A program made the position numbers and the translations under genes. 64,000 nucleotides of DNA from Epithemia pelagica (Eukaryota; Protista; Bacillariophyta): NCBI GenBank assembly GCA_946965045.2, contig OX337242.1, positions 2,604,001 through 2,668,000 on the forward strand, written 5' to 3'. Below are positions 1 through 11,542 of the stretch, piece by piece. The notes under the pieces are model-generated. The model saw only the letters and a program-made list of their open reading frames with translations, was not told the DNA's origin and made no database searches. Position 1 is the stretch's first letter. Each line of letters begins with the position of its first letter.

Positions 1-1545
1 AACGAGATAACCAAGCTCAAACAAGCAAACGTCTCATTCGAGCAGCCAACAGTCAAGGATTAAACAAGTTCACCATTCCGTCAAGTATAAGTTTGGATTT
101 CAAGTACCACGCAATTATGAGGAAGCTGTTGCTCTTGACAAACAACATGGCAACACAAAGTGGCAGAATGCAACAGAATTAGAATTGTCACAGATCCAGT
201 CCTACAAGACATTCAAGGATTTTGGGAAAGCCATCTTCATAAAAGGGAAAGTATCCAATGCACCTGAAGGGTATCATAAGATACGTGTACATCTTGTCTT
301 TGACGTAAAACATGATGGACAACATAAAGCAAGACTTGTCGCAGATGGACATCTCACAAAAGAACCTGTTGAGACAATCTATTCAGGTGTTGTTTCCATT
401 CGCAACATCCGCATTGCCTTATTCCTGGGTACTTTGAATGACTTGGAAATATGGGGAGCAGATATTGGAAACGCATATCTGGAAGCCTTGACAGGGGAGA
501 AAATCTTCACTGTCGCAGGACCTGAATTCAAGGAATGAGAAGGTCACATCCTGATTATATACAAGGCACTTTATGGATTGAAGTCATCAGGCGCACGCTG
601 GCATGATGTCTTATTTGATGTTTTGACAGACATGGGATTTTCACCAAGCAAAGCAGATCCGGATATCTGGATGAGGAAAGCACCTGGAGAAGACTGTTAC
701 GAATACATTGCCGTATACGTTGATGACTTAGCCATTATTTCTACTGATCCTGGGAATATCTGCAAGATCCTGAAGGAGAAATACAACTTCAAACTCAAAG
801 GAGATGGACCTATTGATTTCCACTTGGGATGTTGTTACACCAAGGATTCTGATGGAACACTAGTATCAGATCCAAGACGCTACATTGGTAAGATGATGGA
901 CACTTTCGAACAAATCTTCAAGGAGAAACCCAAGAAAGCCAAAACACCTCTTATTGGTGGAGACCATCCTGAATTGGATGATTCTGAGCTCCTTGATGAA
1001 GAAGGTACTAGTCATTTCCAAACTCTGATTAGACAACTCCAATGGGTGATCACTATTGGTTGTTTCGACGTCTTCACCGCTACAATGACGCTGTCACGCT
1101 TTCGTGCTGCTCGGAGGAAAGGACATCTTGATAGAGCCAAGCGTATCTATGGATACCTTACACATCTCCCAGAAGGCGCAATCAGATTTAGGATTGGAGA
1201 GCCTGATTATTCAAGTCTTCCTACCCAAGAATTTGATTGGACTTGCACTGTCTATTCGAATGCAAGTGAACGTATTCCTGAAGACTGCCCAACACCTCTT
1301 GGTCGCTATGTTACCACAACTCATTATGTTGACGCCAATGTCATGCATGACATAGTCACTGGTAAATCCGTAACTGCTGTTCCACATTTGTTGAACGGAA
1401 CACCTATTGACTGGTACAGCAAGAGACAGAGCACGGTGGAAACTGCTACCTATGGATCCGAGTTTGTGGCTACAAGGACAGCAATAGATCAGATAACAGA
1501 ATAACGACATTCTCTCCGCTACCTTGGAGTACCTATCCGAGAGCG
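1..1545 (+). pseudogene. Ty1/copia (CoDi-like) reverse transcriptase-RNase H fragment, truncated in RNase H
   Basis: ORFs 185-538 and 578-1504 are in frame across a TGA at 536-538. Motifs VHLVFDVK..HKARLVADG, YVDDL, YVDA and WYSKRQSTVETATYGSEF are present. It is closely similar to the pol at 46.4-47.3 kb. Copia homology stops at about 1543 (YLGVPIRE). No own 3' LTR is seen. Confidence 0.93.
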
Positions 1546-1653
1546 AAGGGGCGGAGGAGGTGCTTCGCATTGCCTAACTGGTCCAATTGTGAGACCATGA
1601 GGAGAAATTTCTCGACCTCATCCATCCATCACGCATCCAGCGATCGATCCAAC

Positions 1654-2435
1654 TGTTAGAATTCTCACCGTCTATGGTGGTTAGATTCTACATCTCATCG
1701 ATTCCCCATGTCACATAGCCCTGTGCTATCGCATCATGCCACCTAGCTTCGAGCTATGTTCCCTAGCTTTGCGCTATATCGACCTATATTTCTTCGCAAA
1801 TCATGAAAAGTGAGAATAGATTGACAAACTCACTCTCAAGACTAAACTGGGTCGTGCGTATTACAACGGACGCAAATTTGGCCGTTGCTCGGACATTATA
1901 CTAGCGCCCTAAGCGTACGCGCCCGAAATCATCGAGCGCGCCCAAGCGACATCCGAGCGCCGTCGGCATCTATCCGACCCAACGGTCTAAGTATCCCAAG
2001 CACGACACACGATCACGCGAGACCATATTTCCATTCCCACAATCTCCAAATTGTCAACAAGCTGCGCGCCATGAAAACAATGATGCCAATCCAAAGCAAG
2101 AGCTGTTGACCCTGTATATGTTATCCGTCCACATATACATGTCATATACATCACATGAATCAACTCCAACTATTCCAAACCTGTTGCCGCCAAGAACCTA
2201 TGACACACGACCCTTGGCAGGACCGAACATTTCACGTAGACCTATCGTAGTAATCAACACACAATCTAACAATATCACCATTTATCACATCCTCTTTTGT
2301 GTCCCGACTATCCTGTTGATAGACTACGACTTGCTTTCCTCTATACCCGTGGAGAGGTTTGTATCGGTTGGTGACTACCTGATTGTCTGCTCGACCGAGC
2401 ATCAACGCCACTGCAACTCCAAGAGAATTGTAATA
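1654..2435 (+). mobile_element. Solo LTR related to the LTRs at 40700/47368
   Basis: Starts TGTTAGAATTCTCACCG (compare TGTTAGGATTCTCACCG) and shares internal blocks (CACGATCACGCGAGACCATAT, AAAGCAAGAGCTGTTG, GTATCGGTTGGTGA). It ends GAGAATTGTAATA and is flanked by the 5-bp repeat CCAAC (1649-1653 / 2436-2440). Confidence 0.85.
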
Positions 2436-2816
2436 CCAACGCAGAGATGCGTTGGACATTCATCCAAAGAGGCTAAGTATAAACCATGGTTGCATCGAAA
2501 CGTAGTACAGAGTACATAACATCCGAATAAGGAGGACGGTCGGTTGGATGAAATCGAGATACGGAATCGGGGCCGAAAAATAACCGCAGCACCAACGTGC
2601 CACCTAAAGTGCAAAAAACCTCGCGGTGCGCACAAGATCGAAGTAGACGCTCGAGCGGTTAAGAGTCGGCCACTCGTCAGTGGATATTCGCTCCTGGACA
2701 CTCTTGGGAGGTGCTCTTTGCGCGCCGGGTTGGAAAACACTTTTCGCATTCTTCGGTTCGTGTTCTTACAGCGAAGTACTTCAAAGCAGGGTGACCGCCT
2801 CTAATTATACCTCGCG

Positions 2817-2992
2817 TTTTAGAGTGACTCTAAAAGTATATAAAATAAATATACCTACGATTTCAAACTCTAAAAATATTTTAGAGTGCTATCCCGTAAC
2901 CCTAATGGAGCCCAATAGGGTGAAAGCCTTCACCCTAGAGGAGCTCAAACAGCATCAATGACAAGAATGACAGTGAAATGCACGGTTTCACT
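2817..2992. repeat. Cluster of four short inverted repeats
   Basis: TTTTAGAGT-g-ACTCTAAAA (2817-2835), ACTCTAAAA-ata-TTTTAGAGT (about 2867-2887), TAGGGTGAA-agcc-TTCACCCTA (2916-2937) and AGTGAAA-tgcacgg-TTTCACT (about 2972-2992). Confidence 0.8.
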
Positions 2993-3304
2993 CAATAAGG
3001 CTCTGACAACAAAACAATACGAGCATTAGGTGCTCGGTTTTTCCGCTAGCACGCGTCATTTCCACCCAAAGACCAGTCCGGCGCTTAATCACATCACCCG
3101 GCGCGTCTAAGTAGCCCAAAATGTCATTTGTCTTTGCATGTTACATCCAATAAATAAACTGTCACACCACCACTCGCGTTTCTTCTCTGGCACTCACCTC
3201 CTCGGACCTTCATCCATTGCTCCCTCCAAGGCGACAATGAAACCTCGGACGAAGTGAACAAGATTGACCAGCATTCATTCTGATCGACACCATCAGATTT
3301 CTCT

Positions 3305-4825
3305 TTGTTTCTACCTAGCATGCCTCCCTACGAAAAAACAGTATTCCCTAATCAAGACCCTCACTACGATCGGTCTCTCCGAGACTTTCTTCGGATCGGT
3401 TCATTTGTTTGCATAAAGGATGGATCATCGACTCACATTGCCCGGATCGAATGTCGTCAAACTGAAGTCTCGTCGGAGGATTCATCTTACGAAACTACTA
3501 TCCGTCTCCGTTTGTTTCATCCTCTTTTCAAACGCAATAAACCCGATGGCAAGAAATCGAAAACGCCGAAACACAACTTTGCCCCAATTCTATCCGGAAC
3601 GGGCAGTAGTCAAACTGAGCTGTACGAGTCTGCTGATCTCCGTTGGTTTTGTTCGAATCACCATGAATCACCGAAATCTCTATTTCCTGCCTTTTGCTTC
3701 ACACTGAAGGAAATGGCTCAACCAAAGAACGCATGGGCAGCGGGCCTCTTCAACGTCTACATTTGTCGATTTTGGGAAGATGTGGATTATGACAATAGTG
3801 GAAAGACACGTACCCTCCGTCCTCTACCATCGGAGAAGGCGTTTGGCTTTCCAAACGACCACCCAGATTTCAAGAAAGGCCGAACCTTCATAGTACCTCA
3901 AAGATGTCTGCACGAATCCATTTGGAATGGACTACATGGGTTGAAACGTGCTCTGAACAAACTCCTGAACAAACGGAGCGGACAAGCGTCCGACAAGGAA
4001 GTGACATCATTGAATATTGGCCATATCCCTATGGAAGCGGTACAATACATATCTCTTGTTGCCAATTATCTCTGTTCTGTTCCTTCTCACCCAGTTATGC
4101 TTTCGGAATCATTCTTTCACCTAGATCAGAGCCTACGTCGTTCCAAAATCAAAATTACCTTTAACGCAGGCGTAATTCGATTCAAAACAGAACGCGAACT
4201 CGAGAACTTACGTTTGATCCTTGGTCCTGGATCGACGTATGGATTCACTGAACGCCGCCCAACTTTGCAGGACGGTCCACAAGGTTTACTACTCAAACGA
4301 GGTCATAACCTCAATGTCGTTGCTGGTACTGCTCCTCAAGGACAGGCGAATGAGGAACGGCCATTCAAACGGCGTTCCTACGAGAACAGGGTAGACTTCA
4401 CGTTTTCTCCTTACAATGTCCGCTTGACTGTGGGTTACCAACGTTATGTGTACCACCTAAAGCAAGATGGAGAGCTCAGAACCACTCCACCATGCCCAAA
4501 CCTCAAGCGCATGTTGGAAGGTGATGTCCTTTACGATTCTACATCCGATGATGACAGGAAGTCTTCTGAAGACGAGGATGACAACCACGTTGACGAGTAT
4601 CAGCAGGCACTCGTTCAAATCAAGATTGGTGCACAGTACTTGCATAATGGAGACTCGGTGATGGAAGTTGAATCTGTATCAGTCCCCACCGATGGTCCAG
4701 CCAGCTTTACTTGTCGCTGTGTGGCTGGTTCCCGATTCTTGTACAAGGAAACCTCTGAAAAGCAACTGTCGATCGTCCGTGAGGATATCATCAAACTCCT
4801 ACAGGACATTAAGTCCTTTGCCTGA
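3305..4825 (+). CDS. Hypothetical 506-aa protein, probably transposon-associated; N-terminal region resembles a BAH domain
   Basis: Long uninterrupted ORF convergent with the RAG1/Transib-like gene. The pattern LRIGSFVCIK..HIARI..IRLRLF..TELYES..YICRF recalls BAH domains (inference). Confidence 0.6.
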   Translation: MFLPSMPPYEKTVFPNQDPHYDRSLRDFLRIGSFVCIKDGSSTHIARIECRQTEVSSEDSSYETTIRLRLFHPLFKRNKPDGKKSKTPKHNFAPILSGTGSSQTELYESADLRWFCSNHHESPKSLFPAFCFTLKEMAQPKNAWAAGLFNVYICRFWEDVDYDNSGKTRTLRPLPSEKAFGFPNDHPDFKKGRTFIVPQRCLHESIWNGLHGLKRALNKLLNKRSGQASDKEVTSLNIGHIPMEAVQYISLVANYLCSVPSHPVMLSESFFHLDQSLRRSKIKITFNAGVIRFKTERELENLRLILGPGSTYGFTERRPTLQDGPQGLLLKRGHNLNVVAGTAPQGQANEERPFKRRSYENRVDFTFSPYNVRLTVGYQRYVYHLKQDGELRTTPPCPNLKRMLEGDVLYDSTSDDDRKSSEDEDDNHVDEYQQALVQIKIGAQYLHNGDSVMEVESVSVPTDGPASFTCRCVAGSRFLYKETSEKQLSIVREDIIKLLQDIKSFA

Positions 4826-4971
4826 TGACCAGACTTTGCTTCCTTATATTACCACGAGAACCATTGTTGTGTGTCGTTCGTTCATGTAGAGAACAGAACA
4901 ACCGAACAAGCTTTGACCACAACACAAACACTCTAGCCATTTATCTCTTATTAGCACTATGCTTCTTTACT

Positions 4972-7900
4972 TTACGATCCTTGAATGTCTACGTCACTAT
5001 CATCCTCCTCGTCGTCTTCATATGCGTCTTCACCAAAGCAGTCATCCACCAAAGATTCCGGTCCATGTATCAATACTCCTGCTGTAGTAGGAGAGTCGCC
5101 AGGGTCATAAAATTCCCAATTCTCTAACTCTGCCGCGTCTTCCAGGATTTGCCTGTATTCGTCATCTTCTTCCGTCGCTGGTGGTTGACTTGCAGATTGG
5201 TTGGGTGCACTGTTATTCTCATTCGTTTCAGTTTGTGCAGGTTGTCCTTCAGGCGCGTTCATACCACTATTAGTGCCATCGTTACTTGCGGCTCCAGTTG
5301 TCTGTTGTTGTAGACCAGCTGTGGTTGCCTGTTCTTGTTCGCTATTTGTAGTCATTGGACTGCTGGCTGGTCTACAGCACTCGATTTTTCCACCATTCTT
5401 ACGAACCCATTGGTTAGATCTTGTAATATCCTCTTCGGTCGTGAGCTTGTTCCCTTTTTGTATGGCCTCCCACGAATATCCACAAAGGAGAATCATCCGC
5501 CTCTGGAGCCATCTTGCCATAGGTTCGAGCCTGGACTGCCGACCCCTCCCTTGATTTATACTCCCACCGCGTTGAGTTCGGTGGAAGTAAAATGTCTTGA
5601 AGAGGCTGTTAAATGCTGTAATGCAGATGAGACCATGATCCAGTCTAAAACAAGGCGCGACTGTCATTAGCAACTTACCCTCCCATCCTTGCTGGGCATG
5701 TGATGATAGGTTCTTCCAATGACGAAGATATTCATACACATGCCCACTCCCAATAAGGTGTGCGTAGTTGGTCACACCATGTTCACCGGTGAGTTCCACC
5801 CAAACTGAAAAAAAGGCATCAGCGTGGCGTTGATGCGTATCCATTTCATTCTCTGTCAAGTCTCTATGTATCTTAAGAATCTCCATTGACTCCCGATAGC
5901 TTTTCACACAGGCTGACCATTGTGCCTTCTCTGCGACTGTTGGAACACTCACCGTAATAAGCTTGTAAAACAAGGGCATAAGTCTGCGGATACGTACATT
6001 GTCCATGGTAATAGGCTTTATTTCTTTTTGGATTCATCGTAGGGGACCTTCCAATGGGTTGGGAGGTCCACAGTACCCAGAATCTGAAGGGACATAATCC
6101 GGTTCACTGTTCGGATGAACTCCAAGCATCGTTCACCTTCATTACTGTCATCTGGAATCCACGGCAAATCCGAATTGATCGCATTACTCAGCCCCTTCTT
6201 CAACAGCATTGTAAGAATCTTCAGGCCCATACGGTTTTCCATATGCAAGATACAAGGGACAGTATCAAGCAGGTAGACCATGGCCGTCGATTGAATAGAT
6301 CCTTTGTAGTTTTGTAGTACCTGGTCTGCCTGGTAGTATTGCCATTCCCTAATATGAGATTTCTTCAATCGCAATTGGCGTTCTTCCAATACTCCCGTGA
6401 CGTCCAGCTTCCGTACCACGAGGTTGTTGGTTAGAGATCTGGCATACTCCTGCCGCTGTGTTGCAGACGCAAGTGACAGATCGAAATGGATACATTCAAT
6501 ATCCTTCTTTTGCTGGACAGAGGGCACAGTTCTTGGATTTACTTTCATTGTTAACTTGGAATCAGCCCATATTTTGGTCAGGTTCTTTCGGATCTCCGAC
6601 ATTATTTTTGCGAATAACTTAACCTCCTCATCAAGATGCGACAGGTGTTCCGACGTACACATCTTATGGTGGTAACACACCCAATCTGGTTTCTCCTGAT
6701 GTCCTAGCTTCTTGCATAATAAGCATGATTTCACTTTGTCTTCCTCCGCGGACAAATGTAGTTCACCACTTTTGACTGTGCATTTGGAGCACGGAAAAGT
6801 AGCTTGCTGGGCCGCACCTCCCCTCCCTAGGAGTTTCCACTCGCACGACATATCGCAGTTCGTGCATATTTGGAGTGGCCAAACTCCAAATTTGGTGGGG
6901 AGTACAGTGAGGGCGCCTTCTCTTATTTCTTGAATCATGTTGTGGAAAACAGACCTTACCAATCCCTTGCTTTCGGGACGGCAGACACATACAATTGGCC
7001 ACACACTATTCCGCGATTGAGCGAGACTGTTCGATTCATCGTTAAACTTCAAGCCCCCCAGCGTGTGGCTGAGGTTCTTGGTAAACAGGAGGGCACCGTC
7101 CAAACTTTGGGATAATCGAATGGGTCTCCATCTGGCGTCGCTGTATAAACATCCCCCCGCAACCAAAATCCCAGACATAACGTCAGATGCACGGAAGGAG
7201 AAACCCTCCGACCCGTCCTCCTTGTTGCGCATAAGTTTGTAGGGAAAGATTAGCTGCCCGAACTGCTCGATCTTTGTAGCACATTCTTGCATGGCCGATG
7301 TACTGGGTAGCAGCGTCCAAACGCGGGGTACATCATTGGATTCGACTGAACGTAAAAGTTTGATTCCACTAAAATTTAGCCGGCCACCAGTGAGATCCAT
7401 TTTCTTCAATATATTGTACGGCGTAAACACAAAATTGCGCACGTAGTTTCGAAAGACAGCATAAGAGTTCTCAAACAGTAAGCCACTATGCACTGTTTTG
7501 TCCAAGCACAATTGGGCAACGTCCCGGAAAAAAAGGCCTGCTGCCCGGCTTGTTGGTTCCATATTCTTTGTTCTTGATTCCAAGACATGTCGAATATGTT
7601 CAACAAGCTTCTTGCGATGTTTTGGATAGTAACAAGACTTGGGGAGGTTGGCAACAGACTGGTCGAGGTGTTTTCCTTTCCAGTATCGCAAGTTGTCGCT
7701 CGATATCTTGAGTTTGGCTTTGCATTCTTCGAGTTCAATTTTCAATTGATTAATAGAAACAGTAAGTTCCTTTATTCTACTACGATATGATGAATCTGTC
7801 TCACATGCTGCCTCAACATTGTGTTGAATGGAACTTGAGGGAAGCGTAGAATCTACAGGAGATTCCATGCTCGGGGGGTTTGGCACTGGGGTCTGGGGAG

Positions 7901-8831
7901 CCTGTTGAGACTCAAATGGTGGCAAGTCGTCTAAGTCATCTTCTGGGTCATCGTCCGGTCATGGAGGGAACGAATCTAGACTTTCATCATCTGGAATGTC
8001 TGGTATGTCTGGATAATCAAGAAAAGAGGGCTCGGGAAGAGGACTCTTTTCTCCACTTGGTGTCGCTTGTTCTGGATGGGTAGGTGATGTCGTTTCATTA
8101 TTGGCTTGGGGAAGTCTGGTTTCCGAAAGATTCTCTAACTCATCTTCGAGATTGCTTGCCGCTTCTGCCATTTGAATGGCCTGATAATCGCGGTCTTCGG
8201 GTTGGTTATTGTTCGACGACGACAATAAAATATCGTCTAACTTCGTGGCTTGGTTCTCCTTTTGGCGACGAACTATTTTCGGACAAGGAGAAATGAATTG
8301 GGGTCGTTGGCTAATGGGTACACAGAAAAGACTTGATGGCGGAGGATCAGGTTGGTATTTGGATTTGGGGTCGATTTGGGTTGGTTCCCAGTAGTCGGTA
8401 TGTTCTGCAGTACAGGTGTACCGTCCATTCTCCGCCTTCCTGTTGATGTAACAGTTGGGGCGGGACGCTTCCTCGTCATCGCCTTTCTTACAACGACTAC
8501 AGAAGAAAAAGCCGGGGAATTTCTTGTATCGGTTGCGTCCGTAGACAGAGCAAGGTACTTTGCCCAAATCGCTGCAATCTAACAATATCTTGGCAATCCT
8601 CTTCCTTTCGACAGTGTTGTCTTCGCAGGTCACTTGGGATGCATCCCTTCGTTGTCGAGTAATCAGATTCGGTGAAGCAACAAGACGAATATTTTCTTCC
8701 GCCATTTTGGTGACTGCAATCTGCTCCTCTGTCTTGGCTTTATTGGCAATTCTTCTTGATTTCCTTGTAGGCTCATGATCCGTCTTGTTGCCGTCGCCTT
8801 GAACGCGCTTTTGGGGTTTGCGGCGGGGCAT
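4972..8831 (-). pseudogene. RAG1/Transib-like DDE transposase, about 1260 aa when reconstructed; one stop, one frameshift, one intron
   Basis: ORFs 7959-8831 and 6018-7925 are in frame across one TGA. A 1-nt frameshift in an A-run near 6020 joins 4972-6006. A GTAAGT..TACAG intron (5678-5616) restores QQGWEAFN. Motifs SQSLDG, CDMS..G..PCSKC, DTVPCILHME and VTNYAHLIGSGH..QQGWEAFNSLF parallel RAG1 ESCDG, YDEK..CTLC, ETVPSIDALHCD and ITNYFHKTLAH..EGNESGNKLF. Confidence 0.75.
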
Positions 8832-9553
8832 GGTGGGATCAATCAGCAGATGGAGGTGGGGATGACCGACCGCTTGTATTGTTCATCCGTCAAGTAGATA
8901 TGGAGATCGATTGTCGATAAGGGAAGAGGTACCCTGTTCAAAGCTCATCATCAAACACCCTATCTCTCAAATCTATTTATAAGCTCATGAGATCAAGAAT
9001 ATCGTGAAATGCGCGAGATATGATCTCTCTAGGTAGTATATGACGTGGAATTAAGTAATTCTGTAACAAGTAACAAGAACAAAGAACAGACAACAACACC
9101 ACGAACCACGACCCTGGGTCAATCGCCACCGACATGTCGCTCCTGTGTCTCTACTACCCCAAGAAGGCACCCAAAGTTGAAATCCCAGACGCAGACCCTA
9201 CCTAGGAGTACCTAGTCAAAACACTGACTACCCATAACGTAACAATTCAACAAACAACAACCAAACCGCGATGACCCATCCTCCATTCATGCGTTTCTTC
9301 TTTCCTAGGAGTAGCTACGAAGCGAACGACTTACCTACCTAGGCGTAAAAAGGTATGTAATGGGAACCCAATGTTGCAGATTGTACTGTATTGTGACGAT
9401 GGTGGTGGATACAATCCTTCCTTGGTTCCTTACTATTTACAGTGTTCGTCGCTGAACCAGAAATCTAACATACAATGGTCGTGTGTGCAGGTTGCTCCAT
9501 TCGATTGGCTCTCTCTATATAGAACGTGTCGTATTAGGCGGTACCAGTCGGAC

Positions 9554-10586
9554 TTACTTGGGTACGGAATCGACAAATTGGGCTTGTTGAATAAAGGACA
9601 ATTTGGGAAATTGGCTTTGCAAATAGGCATTGCCTTGCAATTGAATTCGTCCTTGATTGGGTCCTTGTCCCGACGGAGCCCCTTCGCCATACCCGGCATA
9701 CATTTGGTCGACCACTTCTTCCATTCCATCTACGACAACACCAATGGGTGTAAATCCCTGTCGATCCAAAAAGGCATTGTCTCGTGTATTGACAAAGATT
9801 TGGGTCGTTCGTGTATTGGGACCGGCCGTGGCAAAGACCAAGGTTCCCCGACGATTGCTGGCTGCGGCTACTGGTAGGTCATCTTTGAGATTCTTGGATC
9901 GCCACGTGGCTTGAATGGAAGGGTCTCCCTGAATGCCAAATTGGACCACAAAACCAGGCAACACACGAAAGACACGACAATCCTTCCAAAATCCAATCGA
10001 GGTCAATTCCTGTAGTAGCAGGGAAAAAGAAAAACGACAAATTGGAATGGATAAATGAGAAACAATGTGACGAGCGCCAACTCGTGTCCCAGAAGGAGCG
10101 GCTTCGTATTCTCAAGCCTACCTCAAATCGTTCGACTCCTCGGGGAGCCCATTCGGGTTTTAATTGGACGGTAAAACTTCCCGTGGCACCGGGTACACCA
10201 TTTAAATTGTCGACTTGAAAGGTGACAAGTTTGCCCCCTTCCGAATTGGTGGTGGTTGTGGGTTCGGCCTGAACGACGCGACGACTGCTGGCCGCAGTTG
10301 TGGCCATGCCACCACCGACCAAAAAGACTTGTCGAAACCATCGCAAGGCATCGCGACGACGAGCGGCAGCCGATAAACTTGTTGTTGTTTTCGTTGAGGA
10401 GGAGGGACTATTTCTTGTGGATGTCGTCCTGAGAGACGGCACGGTAAGATGAGGAGCAAAGGCTGTGCAAGTACCAACGAGGAGCAAGAGGCTGACAACC
10501 ATCGTCCTCCAAGGTACAGCGGACCGATCGTTTCGTCGACGACGACACTGTAGTTGAGGTTGTGGAGTAGATTGGGAACGAAACAT
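9554..10586 (-). CDS. Cyclophilin-type peptidyl-prolyl cis-trans isomerase, probably plastid-targeted; 2 exons
   Basis: Motifs FRVLPGFVVQFG, N.RGTLVFATAGPNTRTTQIFVN and FTPIG. A GT-AG intron at 10121-10010 joins RFE|ELT in frame. A signal peptide ending CTA-FAP follows the ATG at 10502; an alternative ATG lies at 10586. Confidence 0.93.
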
Positions 10587-11542
10587 GGTGAATGGGAGAA
10601 GGAGGGAACAAGTTATTGTTTAGCAAGAAGGACTGGAACCAAAAGAGTGAGAACGGCAAAGCGTTTGCGGTTCACACACGGCTCTTGTTGGTGTTGGCAG
10701 ACAACGTGGAGGAGAATCTCGCCAAAGGTATCTTGTTGTGTTGTTTCTGGAGTATGACAACACAAGAGATTGATGCGTCCAAAGTGACTCAGCGGAAGCA
10801 CAACGTGTCTTGATGGGATGATTGGGGTCTGTTGTTGGTTGTGGTTCTCGCTGCTGTTGCTCTTGGCACAAAGCTGCATACAACGGTTCAGAGTGACAAA
10901 CGAACGGGAGCCTGATTTGCGGGTTTGGGAGTATACACGTACTTGTACTACGTCTGTAGAACGGCCGATAGTTTTTGTGTGGGTAGGATGCGCTCGACCG
11001 ACTCGTCTGTTACACTCCAGCGCGTCAAACCAGTCATCACATTGTTCTTCAAAAACGTTCATTCCATGTTCTTTCTCTGGAGTGTAACTGCGTTTCCCCC
11101 AAGACCAAATAATGTCTTTCACCCACGGGACTGAGATGTACGGGTTTCATTCTCCGAAACCACGACCAAACACAGCGTCTTCCCCCCCCCCGCAGGCGTT
11201 CTTGTTTCGTGAGCTCACTTTTTGGATTTTGTGACACAACACAGCCTGTCTATTACTTCTGCTTGTTGTCTTGTCCCTTCCATGGTCCGCCCACCAAAAA
11301 TAATAGAGCTCCTCGCAACAGCAGGATCACAAAGTGGGCGGCAAAAGATATACCAGCTCTAAACTATCCGTGGAATTTTTGTGCTCATCTACATTGTTCA
11401 ATCTATCCGACCCTAACAACCGGCCTCCATTGCACAGGAGACATGTCTATCTACAAACTCACAACTGCACTCCGTTGGACGGCGAGGTGTGAAATCGAAT
11501 AACAATTTGATAGCGCAAGTACAAGAATAGCATACTAGTAGC

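Noticed and set aside
2916-2945. Helitron 3' end
   Set aside because: The CTAG overlaps the hairpin arm rather than following it, and no Rep/helicase sequence is nearby.
3305-4825. True RAG2 homolog
   Set aside because: No kelch repeats or PHD Cys/His pattern is visible; only the convergent layout is similar.
2441-9370. TIRs or RSS-like ends for the RAG1-like unit
   Set aside because: I found no convincing inverted match or TSD by eye.
10592-11502. Short ORFs as genes
   Set aside because: They overlap on both strands, have no recognisable motifs and look like intergenic chance ORFs.
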